Shown here: in pieces, positions 26,794 through 35,055 of the stretch
How the letters are laid out: each line of letters opens with the position of its first letter
How positions within the stretch are numbered: the stretch's first letter is position 1
Source: a virus
Lineage: Duplodnaviria > Caudoviricetes
Reading direction: 5' to 3' (one strand)
Virus record (IMG/VR): IMGVR_UViG_3300036444_000041
Coordinates: 1-36,417 of that record
Length of the DNA: 36,417 nucleotides
Notes under the pieces: model-generated
What the model was told of the DNA's origin: nothing
Database searches by the model: none
The model's input: only the letters and a program-made list of their open reading frames with translations
Made by a program: the position numbers and the translations under genes

Positions 26794-28551
26794 ATGGCCA
26801 GCCCACTGACGACACTGCTGGAAGCCAACGGCTTCACCCCTGACAGCAACGAGTACAAGATGGCTGTCGCCAACGAGCAGTTCCGCAATACGTGGCGGGA
26901 CAAGATCGAAGGCGGACAGAAGCCGACGCTTGCGCAAGCGGGCCTCGGTGCGCTCATCAACGGCGGCGTTGCTGGCCTCTCTCGAGTGGGCGGCGCCGAT
27001 CATGCCGGCGCGATGAGGACCGTTGCCGATTATGATCCCATTGCCAAGATGCAGGCGCTCAACGCTGAGATGTCGAAGTTCGACATCAACAGCATGAGCC
27101 AGGACCTCGGCGCGGTCGCGGCTGCAAACAAGAAGCGCAGCATCGATGCCATTCTCAATCCGGGTGCTGCATCGCGCGCTCGCCCCGGCACGCCCGACCC
27201 GACGCAGATCAGCGGACCCGGCGCTGCGGCACCCGCCATTCAGCCAGGTACTGGCCCGTCTCCCGGCATGCAGGGGACGCCTTCCGGACCGGCTCCGGCG
27301 CGCGGTGGGGATAATCAGCCCGCAAGCCCGGCTGCAACGGCTCAGCCCGCTCCTGCGGCTCAGCCCGCTCCTGCGGCTCAGCCCGCTCCTGCGGCTCAGC
27401 CCGCTCCTGCGGCTCAGCCCGCTCCTGCGGCTCAGCCCGCTCCTGCGGCTCAGCCCGCTCCTGCGGCTCAGGGTGGCCCTGCGGGACCTGAGCGCGGCGG
27501 CGCCTACCGGCCGCGCTTCACAACGGAACAGGTCACGGCAATCAGCCAGCTCGACCCCGACCTCGCGAAGCGTCTCGAGGAGGCGAACAAATTCGGCCTC
27601 GACGTCTCGAAGCACGATCTCGATCAATCGAAGTTCATCCTCGATCAGCACAAATTCGTTCTGGATAATGATCCTGCGCACAAAGCGAAGATGGCTGAGG
27701 CGAGCGAGCTGGGTACGCAGCGCGCGAAGGCGGGCGCTGAAAAAGAGAAGATGGACAGCGCAGCCGGCGCAGTCGGCAAGATGGTCGACGAGCTGGAGGA
27801 AATTTCGAACGACCCGAATCTCGGCGGCGCAATCGGCCCTCTCGATCAGTATGGCGTCGTGACCAATGCAAAGGGCGCTCTCGGCGCGAAGAGCTATGCG
27901 GTCGGCGCCCGCATCGACATGCTAACGCGCGGCCTCGAGCTGAAGATGACGCGCCTCCTCATGCAGGGGCAGGGTCAGATCACCGAGGGCGAGCGCGCAA
28001 TCGTCCGCGATCACATCGGCAACCTGCGAGCCGCGAAGGATAAGGGCGACTATCAGAACCGCGTGAAGATGCTTCGCGAGGTCATTGGCTGGCAGATGGG
28101 TCGGCCACTACCGAGCGACGCATCGCCCGAGCAGGTTGATCTTGCGCAGAAGCTCGCCGCAGCTCGCCAATCTGATCCTCGCGTCGTCGATCCGGCTGCG
28201 CTCGAGCAGGAGTCCGCGAGCTTCGACAAGGAAAACACCGACTTCACGAACGCACGAAACGTGCTCGACCAAGCTCGCGCGCAGTTGCCTCCGGAGGAGT
28301 ACGCCAAGGTCGAGGCAGCCTTTCAGCAGCGCTTCTCCGGCCTTGAGGGCAAGGCTCCGGAAGCCGCCCCTGCTGAACCGGCTGCACCCGCAGCTCCGGC
28401 GGCCACGGGCGACAACTCTTTGACCGGCGGCAAAGAGCAGCCGTATGCGCCGCATGCTGTTCTGCGCGACTACATTTTCAACCCGATCTCGGATGAGGCG
28501 GCGAAAGCGTATGAGGGCCTGAAGAAGGGCTGGGGCTTCGGGGGTAAATAA
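26794..28551 (+). CDS. Putative internal virion/ejection protein
   Basis: 585 aa, Ala/Gln-rich helical, GQGQITEGER motif. Located in the ejection cluster. Confidence 0.65.
   Translation: MASPLTTLLEANGFTPDSNEYKMAVANEQFRNTWRDKIEGGQKPTLAQAGLGALINGGVAGLSRVGGADHAGAMRTVADYDPIAKMQALNAEMSKFDINSMSQDLGAVAAANKKRSIDAILNPGAASRARPGTPDPTQISGPGAAAPAIQPGTGPSPGMQGTPSGPAPARGGDNQPASPAATAQPAPAAQPAPAAQPAPAAQPAPAAQPAPAAQPAPAAQPAPAAQGGPAGPERGGAYRPRFTTEQVTAISQLDPDLAKRLEEANKFGLDVSKHDLDQSKFILDQHKFVLDNDPAHKAKMAEASELGTQRAKAGAEKEKMDSAAGAVGKMVDELEEISNDPNLGGAIGPLDQYGVVTNAKGALGAKSYAVGARIDMLTRGLELKMTRLLMQGQGQITEGERAIVRDHIGNLRAAKDKGDYQNRVKMLREVIGWQMGRPLPSDASPEQVDLAQKLAAARQSDPRVVDPAALEQESASFDKENTDFTNARNVLDQARAQLPPEEYAKVEAAFQQRFSGLEGKAPEAAPAEPAAPAAPAATGDNSLTGGKEQPYAPHAVLRDYIFNPISDEAAKAYEGLKKGWGFGGK
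27338..27471 (+). repeat. Perfect 18-bp tandem repeat CGGCTCAGCCCGCTCCTG x7.4 (encodes AAQPAP)
   Basis: Seven identical units plus 8 bp, read directly. Confidence 0.95.
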
Positions 28552-31166
28552 TGGCCACGGCCGACGACTTCATCAAGCAGTTCGATAATCTGAAGAGCAC
28601 CGGCGGCCAGGGCGGCGGGCCGATGACCGCCGACGATTTCATTCAGCTCCTCGGCGGATCGAAGCCGACGCCGAAATATGATGGATCGCTTCTGGGCGGC
28701 TTCATGCATTCAGCCGGCCAGGGCGCGACTGCAAACTTCTCCGACGAGATCGCCGGCGCAGTAGGTCTCGATAAAGAGGCCTATCGCGAGCGCCTTGACG
28801 CTTTCGAGCGCGAGCATCCGTGGCTCGACATGGGCGGCAAGGCTCTGGGCGCCATTGGGTCGACTGTCGGCCTGATGTTCACGCCCGGCGGGCAGCCTGC
28901 TGCGGCCGCTCGTGCTGCTGGCTTCGGGGCAAAGGGCTGGAACGCACTCCGTGGCGCTTTCGGTGCAAACAACGCCGCGAAAGCGATCCCCGGTGTCGAT
29001 GCGACCGTCAACATGGCGACGCGCATCCCTGGTCTCAATCGGGCTGCGAATGTCGTCGCCGGCACGAACGCGCGGCGCGGCGGTCTCGCTGCGGCACAAT
29101 ATGGCATCACGTCTCGCGCTGGTGACTATGAGCACGAGTATGACGAGACGAAGGGCATCGTTCCGAACGCGCTCGATAGCGTTGGCGGCAGCATCAGCGA
29201 AGGCTGGGACCCCGCAAAGATCGCCATGGATTACGGCGCTGGTGGTGTGCTGACGAAGGGCCTCAATCGCCTGTTTGGCGGCGCAGCCAACATCTCCGAC
29301 ATTGTCGAGCGCGCCGGCACGCGCAGCGGATCACGAATCCTGGCTGACGCTTCAAAGCATGACGGACTGGGCACCGACGATCTCACAGCCATTCGCGAGA
29401 TGGTTTTTCCGACCGGCAACACCGTTCCGCGCGACGTCGCTGAAGATGCTTTCCGAGCCTACGGGCAAGCGCTCGAAAGCGGCGCTTCGCAGGCGGATGC
29501 CGACAATGCCGCTCGAGCCGTACTACAGAGCTGGGACGCGACGCGCGTCAACCCGCGCACGGGTCAACCCTATGCGCCGGGCAACGCCGCGAGCCGCGTG
29601 CGCTCCTACTTCCGCGACACCATCGGCGAGCATCGCAATCGTTCGCCCATCGATATGCAGCTTCATGAGCTGCTCAAGATGGAGACGGACGGGGCGTCTG
29701 GGCGAGCGCTCCACGATCTCGTGCAGAAGGGCGTCAGCAGTCAGGACCTCGGCACCGGCGCATCGGAGCTGTACGGTCACGCAACGTCGCGTCAGGGCGA
29801 GCTGGGCGCGCGAGCGCGCGAGCTACTCGACTATTATCTCGGCGGCTCCGGCGAAGACGCTGTCGCGATGGTGCAGAACCTCACGCGTCAGATCGAAAAC
29901 AACGAGCGCATCGCCAATTCGCTTTATGGTCCGCTGAAGGATTCCGCAAAGACGAACCCTGAGGTCGGTCAGCATCTGCGAGCTGCAATCGAGCGCGTTC
30001 GTGATCGCCTCGCCGCAGAGCACTCAGGTGAGACGGACGACTTCGCTCGGGCGATCAGTAACAACCTCTCGAAATTCCTCCATCCTGAGGAGGAAGTTGT
30101 CATGGGTTCGATTGATCTGCCAAAGCTGGCATATCCGTCGAGGTCGATCAAAGATGCAGACGGCAATGTCATCGAGCGTGTGCAGGGCGCTCCTGTTCAG
30201 GTGACGCAGGAGCTTGCGGACGGCACGCGCCTTCCGATGACGACGCGCTCCGATCCGGTTACGCAGACCGTGCAGCGCGGCACGCCGAACATGGCCAACT
30301 TCATCGGCAACCGTTCGAACCTCGGTCGCGAGATTGAGAAGCTGAAGGGGTCGCGAGACCCGACGCATGCGGGCCTCAGCAAGCTGAAGCGCTATCTCGA
30401 CGACGAGGTCTTCGGCCTCGCCGATCCGAATGCTGCTGAGGGCACGGCCGGCAACGTCTTTCATCAGTTCCGCGAAATCAACCAGCAGCGCCTCGATGCA
30501 GGAAAGCTCCGAACCGCATTCCAACGCGGCATGGACTTGAAATCTCAGGCGACCGGCGGGAAGTCGCTGCAGGCACTCGCAAAAACGATGCAGGACGCTG
30601 AGCGGATGAACCCCGAGCAGCGCCACATGTTCGTTTCCGGCATCCTGGCGAACCTGAAATCGAAGCTCGAGGTGAAGGGCGACTTTCACGACGTCGCGGC
30701 AGTATTCCGCAACGAGCGCATGCGCAAATTCATGCGCGAGTACATGGGCGAGGAACAGGCCGACTGGTTTATGCGTGAGGTGCAACAGATCGCGACGGCG
30801 ACTCGCACCTACAACATGAGAACCGGATCGCCGACCGGCCGCATCAACGATCACAGCGCAATTGAGCGCTCGCTGCAGAATGTGCGCGCGGTGCTCAACC
30901 TGATGAATATCCCAGGACTTCTGTCGAGCGCGGCCGATTACGTCGGCGACGCGGCGACGCGCGGCATTCGCAATAGCGCGATGGAAGTCGCTGGGACGCC
31001 CACAAGCCGCCCGGCGGCGCTTCTCCAGCATCTCGACGAGCTGGGAACGAACATGCGCGAGCCCGCGCTCGGCGCGCGTGGTCGCGTGATTCAACAGGCC
31101 GGGCCGTTTTCCGCGATCCCTGCGACACAAGGGCTGACCGAAGACTACAAGACCGGGGATTTCTAG
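28551..31166 (+). CDS. Large putative internal virion/ejection protein
   Basis: 871 aa. GQGAT.NFSDEI.G N-terminal motif, Ala/Gly-rich. Last gene before the endolysin. Confidence 0.7.
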   Translation: MATADDFIKQFDNLKSTGGQGGGPMTADDFIQLLGGSKPTPKYDGSLLGGFMHSAGQGATANFSDEIAGAVGLDKEAYRERLDAFEREHPWLDMGGKALGAIGSTVGLMFTPGGQPAAAARAAGFGAKGWNALRGAFGANNAAKAIPGVDATVNMATRIPGLNRAANVVAGTNARRGGLAAAQYGITSRAGDYEHEYDETKGIVPNALDSVGGSISEGWDPAKIAMDYGAGGVLTKGLNRLFGGAANISDIVERAGTRSGSRILADASKHDGLGTDDLTAIREMVFPTGNTVPRDVAEDAFRAYGQALESGASQADADNAARAVLQSWDATRVNPRTGQPYAPGNAASRVRSYFRDTIGEHRNRSPIDMQLHELLKMETDGASGRALHDLVQKGVSSQDLGTGASELYGHATSRQGELGARARELLDYYLGGSGEDAVAMVQNLTRQIENNERIANSLYGPLKDSAKTNPEVGQHLRAAIERVRDRLAAEHSGETDDFARAISNNLSKFLHPEEEVVMGSIDLPKLAYPSRSIKDADGNVIERVQGAPVQVTQELADGTRLPMTTRSDPVTQTVQRGTPNMANFIGNRSNLGREIEKLKGSRDPTHAGLSKLKRYLDDEVFGLADPNAAEGTAGNVFHQFREINQQRLDAGKLRTAFQRGMDLKSQATGGKSLQALAKTMQDAERMNPEQRHMFVSGILANLKSKLEVKGDFHDVAAVFRNERMRKFMREYMGEEQADWFMREVQQIATATRTYNMRTGSPTGRINDHSAIERSLQNVRAVLNLMNIPGLLSSAADYVGDAATRGIRNSAMEVAGTPTSRPAALLQHLDELGTNMREPALGARGRVIQQAGPFSAIPATQGLTEDYKTGDF

Positions 31167-31222
31167 GGTCTCGACAGCTTGTAATTGTCACCGAATACGT
31201 CCAGTGGAAACTGACAGAGCCC

Positions 31223-31900
31223 ATGGACGTTGAGATGATCAAGCCACGCCTGACGCCAGCAGACATCGTTGCCGTTGCGCGCATCGTAAATTGCGACGAG
31301 GCGACGATCAAAGCCGTGATCGATGTTGAGGCGGGCGGCAGCGGCTTCGATGACAAGGGTCGGCCGACAGTCCTTTTCGAGCCGCACATTTTCGAGCGCG
31401 AGTTGAATGCCGCCGGCATCCCCGACAATAGCCCCGTCATTCAAGAGGCGCGGAGGCGCGGCATCTGCTCTCCGGAATGGAACAAGGCTCTCTACGGCAA
31501 GTCAGCGGATGCACGCTGGGACCAGATCGCCGAGGCGATCAAGATCAATCAGGAGCTAGCTCTCAAGAGCGCCTCCTACGGCATCGGGCAGGTTCTCGGC
31601 CAAAATCACAAAATGTGCGGCTACGCGACCGCGACCGCGATGCTCAACGCAATGTGCAAGGGCGAAGCTGACCAGCTCGCCGCAATGATCACTTTCATTC
31701 AGAAACGCGGACTCGCCGACGAGCTTGAGCGCCGCGACTGGGCAGGCTTCGCTCGCGGCTACAACGGGCCGAGCTACCACCTCAACAACTACGACACGAA
31801 ACTCCGGCGCGCTTACGAGAAGCATCGCGCCGATCCGAACGTCTTTTGGACTGGGGCGAGGGCGCGCGTCGCGGCCAACATCGCACACATTGGCTCGTGA
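31223..31900 (+). CDS. Endolysin, N-acetylmuramidase (DUF3380 family)
   Basis: AVIDVEAGGSGF, LFEPHIF, SASYGIGQVLG.NH, FARGYNGP.Y..N.YD.KL. Confidence 0.92.
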   Translation: MDVEMIKPRLTPADIVAVARIVNCDEATIKAVIDVEAGGSGFDDKGRPTVLFEPHIFERELNAAGIPDNSPVIQEARRRGICSPEWNKALYGKSADARWDQIAEAIKINQELALKSASYGIGQVLGQNHKMCGYATATAMLNAMCKGEADQLAAMITFIQKRGLADELERRDWAGFARGYNGPSYHLNNYDTKLRRAYEKHRADPNVFWTGARARVAANIAHIGS

Positions 31901-31914
31901 CGCAGGGAGATGCG

Positions 31915-32412
31915 ATGTCCACTCTGAAGCAATATCTGATCGCAGCGGCGGTCTTTTCGGTGATCTTCGCGCTCATCCTTTTCGTGTGGTGGCACGCTGA
32001 GCAGATCAGCGCCCTCGAGACGACCAACTTCAACGCGGGGAAGGCGCAATGTGAGACAGCCGTCAACGAAGCGACGACGAAAGTGCTGCGCGACGCGGAC
32101 GTGAAACGACAAGAGCGAGAGAGGAAATTCAACGCCGACCTCTTCGAAGCGCGCGAAGCTCAGAAGGCCGCAGAGCAGCGCATCCTCGATCTCAAGAGCG
32201 TCGCGAAGGGACAGCACCTCGAGCTGAATGCCCAGGCCGCCGACCTCCAATGCGTCATTCCGGACGCGACTATCGACACCCTCAATCGCCCGATCAAGCT
32301 CGCACCGGCGGCGCCGCCTCCCGCGCCGACACCGACACCGAAGAAAGCAGCCGTTGCCCCGGCCGCTCCGGTCAAGAGCACCGATCTCCCGTCATTCCTT
32401 CAAGCTAAGTGA
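31915..32412 (+). CDS. Putative inner-membrane spanin (Rz-like)
   Basis: ATG at 31915 after GGAG. N-terminal TM helix, coiled coil, C.IP motif. Follows the endolysin. Confidence 0.7.
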   Translation: MSTLKQYLIAAAVFSVIFALILFVWWHAEQISALETTNFNAGKAQCETAVNEATTKVLRDADVKRQERERKFNADLFEAREAQKAAEQRILDLKSVAKGQHLELNAQAADLQCVIPDATIDTLNRPIKLAPAAPPPAPTPTPKKAAVAPAAPVKSTDLPSFLQAK

Positions 32413-32420
32413 GGCCAATC

Positions 32421-32846
32421 ATGGATCGCCTGCATATCCCCGTGCCTGCCATGTTTGGCGGACTTCTCACCGGCGTGCTCTGCTTCTCCGTGCTCGCTCT
32501 CGTTACAGGCGCGCTCGGCGGCTGCGCAACAGCGGAGGCCGGCAAAACCGTGGCCGTTGCAATCGAGGTTCCGCAAAGCGAGCTGAAGGCGCCTATCCCG
32601 CCTGAGTGTGATCCCTCTGGCCGCAACAAGTTCCCCACCGTTGCGAAAGTTCCCGGCGCGACGCCGGCAAAGAATCTCGCACACGCCTTCACCACGGCGA
32701 AGAGCCGCGACGCGCGCAATCAGGAGCGCGAGCACGTGTGTTTCTGTCAGGCCGTTCGCGATCACGGCTCTGAAGCTGAGAAGAAGGTCAGCGAGAAGGC
32801 CTGCGAGCCCGTGTGGGCGAAGAAAGAGGAGAAGCCGACCTCATGA
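32421..32846 (+). CDS. Lipoprotein, putative outer-membrane spanin
   Basis: Hydrophobic signal ending in lipobox LGGC. Pro/Cys-containing mature part. Confidence 0.6.
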   Translation: MDRLHIPVPAMFGGLLTGVLCFSVLALVTGALGGCATAEAGKTVAVAIEVPQSELKAPIPPECDPSGRNKFPTVAKVPGATPAKNLAHAFTTAKSRDARNQEREHVCFCQAVRDHGSEAEKKVSEKACEPVWAKKEEKPTS

Positions 32847-33172
32847 AGCACCTCTCAATCGCCCTGGTGGCGCTCCTGCTCGCTGGCTGTGGTCACGGCG
32901 GCTATGTCATCGACGACCCGCTGAAGCGCTTCGGCATGGCGAAGGAGGCTGCGGAAGCGAAGCCGCCAAAGCGTCACCCCAAGCCGAAGACGCTCTGCGA
33001 AGGCAAGGACGAGTGCAGCAAGGTCATCGCTCCGCAGGAGAAGTCTGTTCCGGAAGTGCCGGCTGAAGCCTCCCCAGGCGCCATGCATGCGGCTCCGAAG
33101 ATCACCCCTGAGGACGCCCGGCGCGCTCAGGAACACATCGACCAACTCATCGAAATTTTCGAGAAGGGATGA
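32843..33172 (+). CDS. Lipoprotein
   Basis: MKHLSIALVALLLAGC, a canonical signal peptide II. ATGA coupling. Confidence 0.75.
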   Translation: MKHLSIALVALLLAGCGHGGYVIDDPLKRFGMAKEAAEAKPPKRHPKPKTLCEGKDECSKVIAPQEKSVPEVPAEASPGAMHAAPKITPEDARRAQEHIDQLIEIFEKG

Positions 33173-33468
33173 CAATGAAATTTGGAGAAGCGCTCGAGCT
33201 GGCCAAGCAGGGCCATCGCATCGCCCGCACCGGCTGGAACGGCAAGCGCATGTGGGTGTGCTATAGTCCCGGCTCGACGATCACCGACGCATCGCGCGTC
33301 TGGGGCAAAGCGACCCGCGATTGGGCCGAGCAGCAGCTCGCTCGCGGTGAGGAGGTCATTATCCGGCCCTACATGATCATGAAGACTGCTCAGGAGGACC
33401 TGCAAATCGGCTGGCTTGCCTCGCAGTCCGACATGCTCGCCGACGATTGGGTGGACCTCGATGAGTAA
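33169..33468 (+). CDS. tad2: Tad2-like (DUF2829) anti-Thoeris sponge family protein
   Basis: MKFGEALE..KQG.RIAR.GWNGK.M and C-terminal GWLASQSDMLADDW are hallmark motifs of the family. Confidence 0.85.
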   Translation: MTMKFGEALELAKQGHRIARTGWNGKRMWVCYSPGSTITDASRVWGKATRDWAEQQLARGEEVIIRPYMIMKTAQEDLQIGWLASQSDMLADDWVDLDE

Positions 33469-33691
33469 GGTCGATCAAGCTTACGACTATCTGCTGCAAT
33501 TCTTCGCCTACGAGCACCTGCCGCCTCACTTGCAGGCTGTTAGCAAGCAGTTCCATGATCTCGCTCATGCAATGGTCGTGACGCTGCCGGCAAATCCGGA
33601 GCGATCCGCAGGCCTTCGCAGACTCCTCGAGGCGAAAGACTGCGCCGTGCGCGCCGTCATCTTCAAATGGAAAGAGCCCGATGCAGGATAA
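33461..33691 (+). CDS. Small helical-hairpin protein, possible nucleotide-signal sponge
   Basis: QFFAYEHLPPHLQ.VSK.F...ERSAGLRRLLEAKDCAVRA. Overlaps the tad2 stop. Confidence 0.7.
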   Translation: MSKVDQAYDYLLQFFAYEHLPPHLQAVSKQFHDLAHAMVVTLPANPERSAGLRRLLEAKDCAVRAVIFKWKEPDAG

Positions 33692-34193
33692 AACGATTTT
33701 CGTTTCTGTTGGCGATCAACGCGTCTCTGTCGACGGCATTCCGCACGGCTGCGCGGTGAAGGAGAAACCCGAAATTATCGCGCTCCGCTGGACGCCTCCC
33801 GATACTGGCATCATCTACAAGGACGACGGCAGCAGCGAAGCGTTCACGGATTTTTCTGTCATCGAGAAGCACCTCGGCCCGTGGAAGATCGCCGAGGCGA
33901 AGCGGGCCAAAGAAGAAGAGCGCAAAAAGATCGAAGCGGAGAAGCGCGCAAAGGCCGAAGCCGTAGCCGAGCAGGTTGCGCGCGAAGCCGAAGAGCGCGC
34001 CGTCAAAATGCAGCCGATGATCGATGCCATCTACGAGCTGCAAAACACGGATCACGAAGTCATCAAGGCCATGGAAAAGAAGCTCTACGACGAGGGTCTG
34101 CTTCCCCATGACCTTGTGCAGCGGCGCGACGAAGCTCGCCACAGAGTGAAGATCGAACGGCCCAAGTTCTTCAAAACTGAGGAAGGCGGTTAG
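33681..34193 (+). CDS. Hypothetical protein with coiled coil
   Basis: 170 aa, overlapping the upstream gene. Last + strand gene. Confidence 0.7.
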   Translation: MQDKTIFVSVGDQRVSVDGIPHGCAVKEKPEIIALRWTPPDTGIIYKDDGSSEAFTDFSVIEKHLGPWKIAEAKRAKEEERKKIEAEKRAKAEAVAEQVAREAEERAVKMQPMIDAIYELQNTDHEVIKAMEKKLYDEGLLPHDLVQRRDEARHRVKIERPKFFKTEEGG

Positions 34194-34389
34194 CCGCGTC
34201 TTCGACAGCAGCCTTTGCGCTTTCGAGGCGAGCCCAGCTATCCTTCAATCGAGAGCCGTTCACGTAGCCGCGATAAGTGCCTTCCTCCCAGCGGATGTTG
34301 AGCTGGCCAACATCGTGCATCGCGTAGAAGTATCCCTCGCCGTCTACGCGATCACTCCAGCGGACTTTGCTGCGCGCTTCTTCTGCCAT
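34171..34389 (-). CDS. Hypothetical protein
   Basis: ATG at 34389 with purine-rich upstream sequence. Confidence 0.55.
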   Translation of the reverse strand: MAEEARSKVRWSDRVDGEGYFYAMHDVGQLNIRWEEGTYRGYVNGSRLKDSWARLESAKAAVEDAANRLPQF

Positions 34390-34697
34390 TCCTTCTCTCT
34401 CCTCCTGATCTCGCGAGCGAAGGCTTTCAGCCATGCCCGCAGCTCTCGCCTCTTTCCCTCTCGACGCTCCCTCTTGATCCAGGTTTTCAGGATCACAGAC
34501 GCGTTTTGAAGGTGGTAGGTGTGCATCTCACGGATGTGAATCTCTTCGCCTTCACGTGTCAGCCAGACGTCGGTTGCGGTGCGACTTCTAGCTGCTTCGA
34601 GGAGGGCGTCGCGAGCGCGCTCGAGGCGTGCTTCCTGATCAGATATGGGGAGCCCTTCCGGGGCACCACCAATATAACCGCTCTCGTCTGACACCAT
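34344..34697 (-). CDS. Hypothetical protein (W.T.EG..I.I.EM...HL.N motif)
   Basis: 117 aa with a basic helical C-terminus. Confidence 0.65.
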   Translation of the reverse strand: MVSDESGYIGGAPEGLPISDQEARLERARDALLEAARSRTATDVWLTREGEEIHIREMHTYHLQNASVILKTWIKRERREGKRRELRAWLKAFAREIRRREKEWQKKRAAKSAGVIA

Positions 34698-34728
34698 CGG
34701 ATGATCTCCGCGAGCTGCTGATCAAAAC

Positions 34729-35004
34729 TCACTTTTTGCCTCTCTTTTTCGGCGCGACAGCCTTGGGCACAACGCGCTTCACGACAACGTCGACCTCTAC
34801 GACATCGCACGCAGACGCATCTTCTCGGATGCTGAGATTGTCTAGGACGAAGCTCTTGTAGGGACTGACGTTCGCGAGGTGACCGTGCATGTTGCGGATC
34901 GCGAACATAGGCCAGACGCCGGTGCGCAAATCCTGCTGCTCCCCAGCGGGTGTAGACTGGGGAGCAGCTCCTCCGAAAAGGTCGGCCGACGACGTCTTTT
35001 TCAT
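34729..35004 (-). CDS. Hypothetical protein
   Basis: ATG directly downstream of the motif pair at 35007-35052. Confidence 0.6.
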   Translation of the reverse strand: MKKTSSADLFGGAAPQSTPAGEQQDLRTGVWPMFAIRNMHGHLANVSPYKSFVLDNLSIREDASACDVVEVDVVVKRVVPKAVAPKKRGKK

Positions 35005-35006
35005 GC

Positions 35007-35052
35007 TGTCTGTTTATAGGTGACAGCAAAAAGTGTCAATTAAAAACAGACA
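35007..35052. promoter_or_regulatory. Inverted pair of the 18-bp motif overlapping a leftward TTGACA
   Basis: TGTCTGTTTATAGGTGAC (+, 35007-35024, 3 mismatches) and an exact copy on the minus strand (35035-35052). Confidence 0.6.
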
Positions 35053-35055
35053 CAA

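Noticed and set aside
27338-27471. Repeat as a possible CRISPR array
   Set aside because: Contiguous units with no spacers, in frame within a CDS, and no cas genes.
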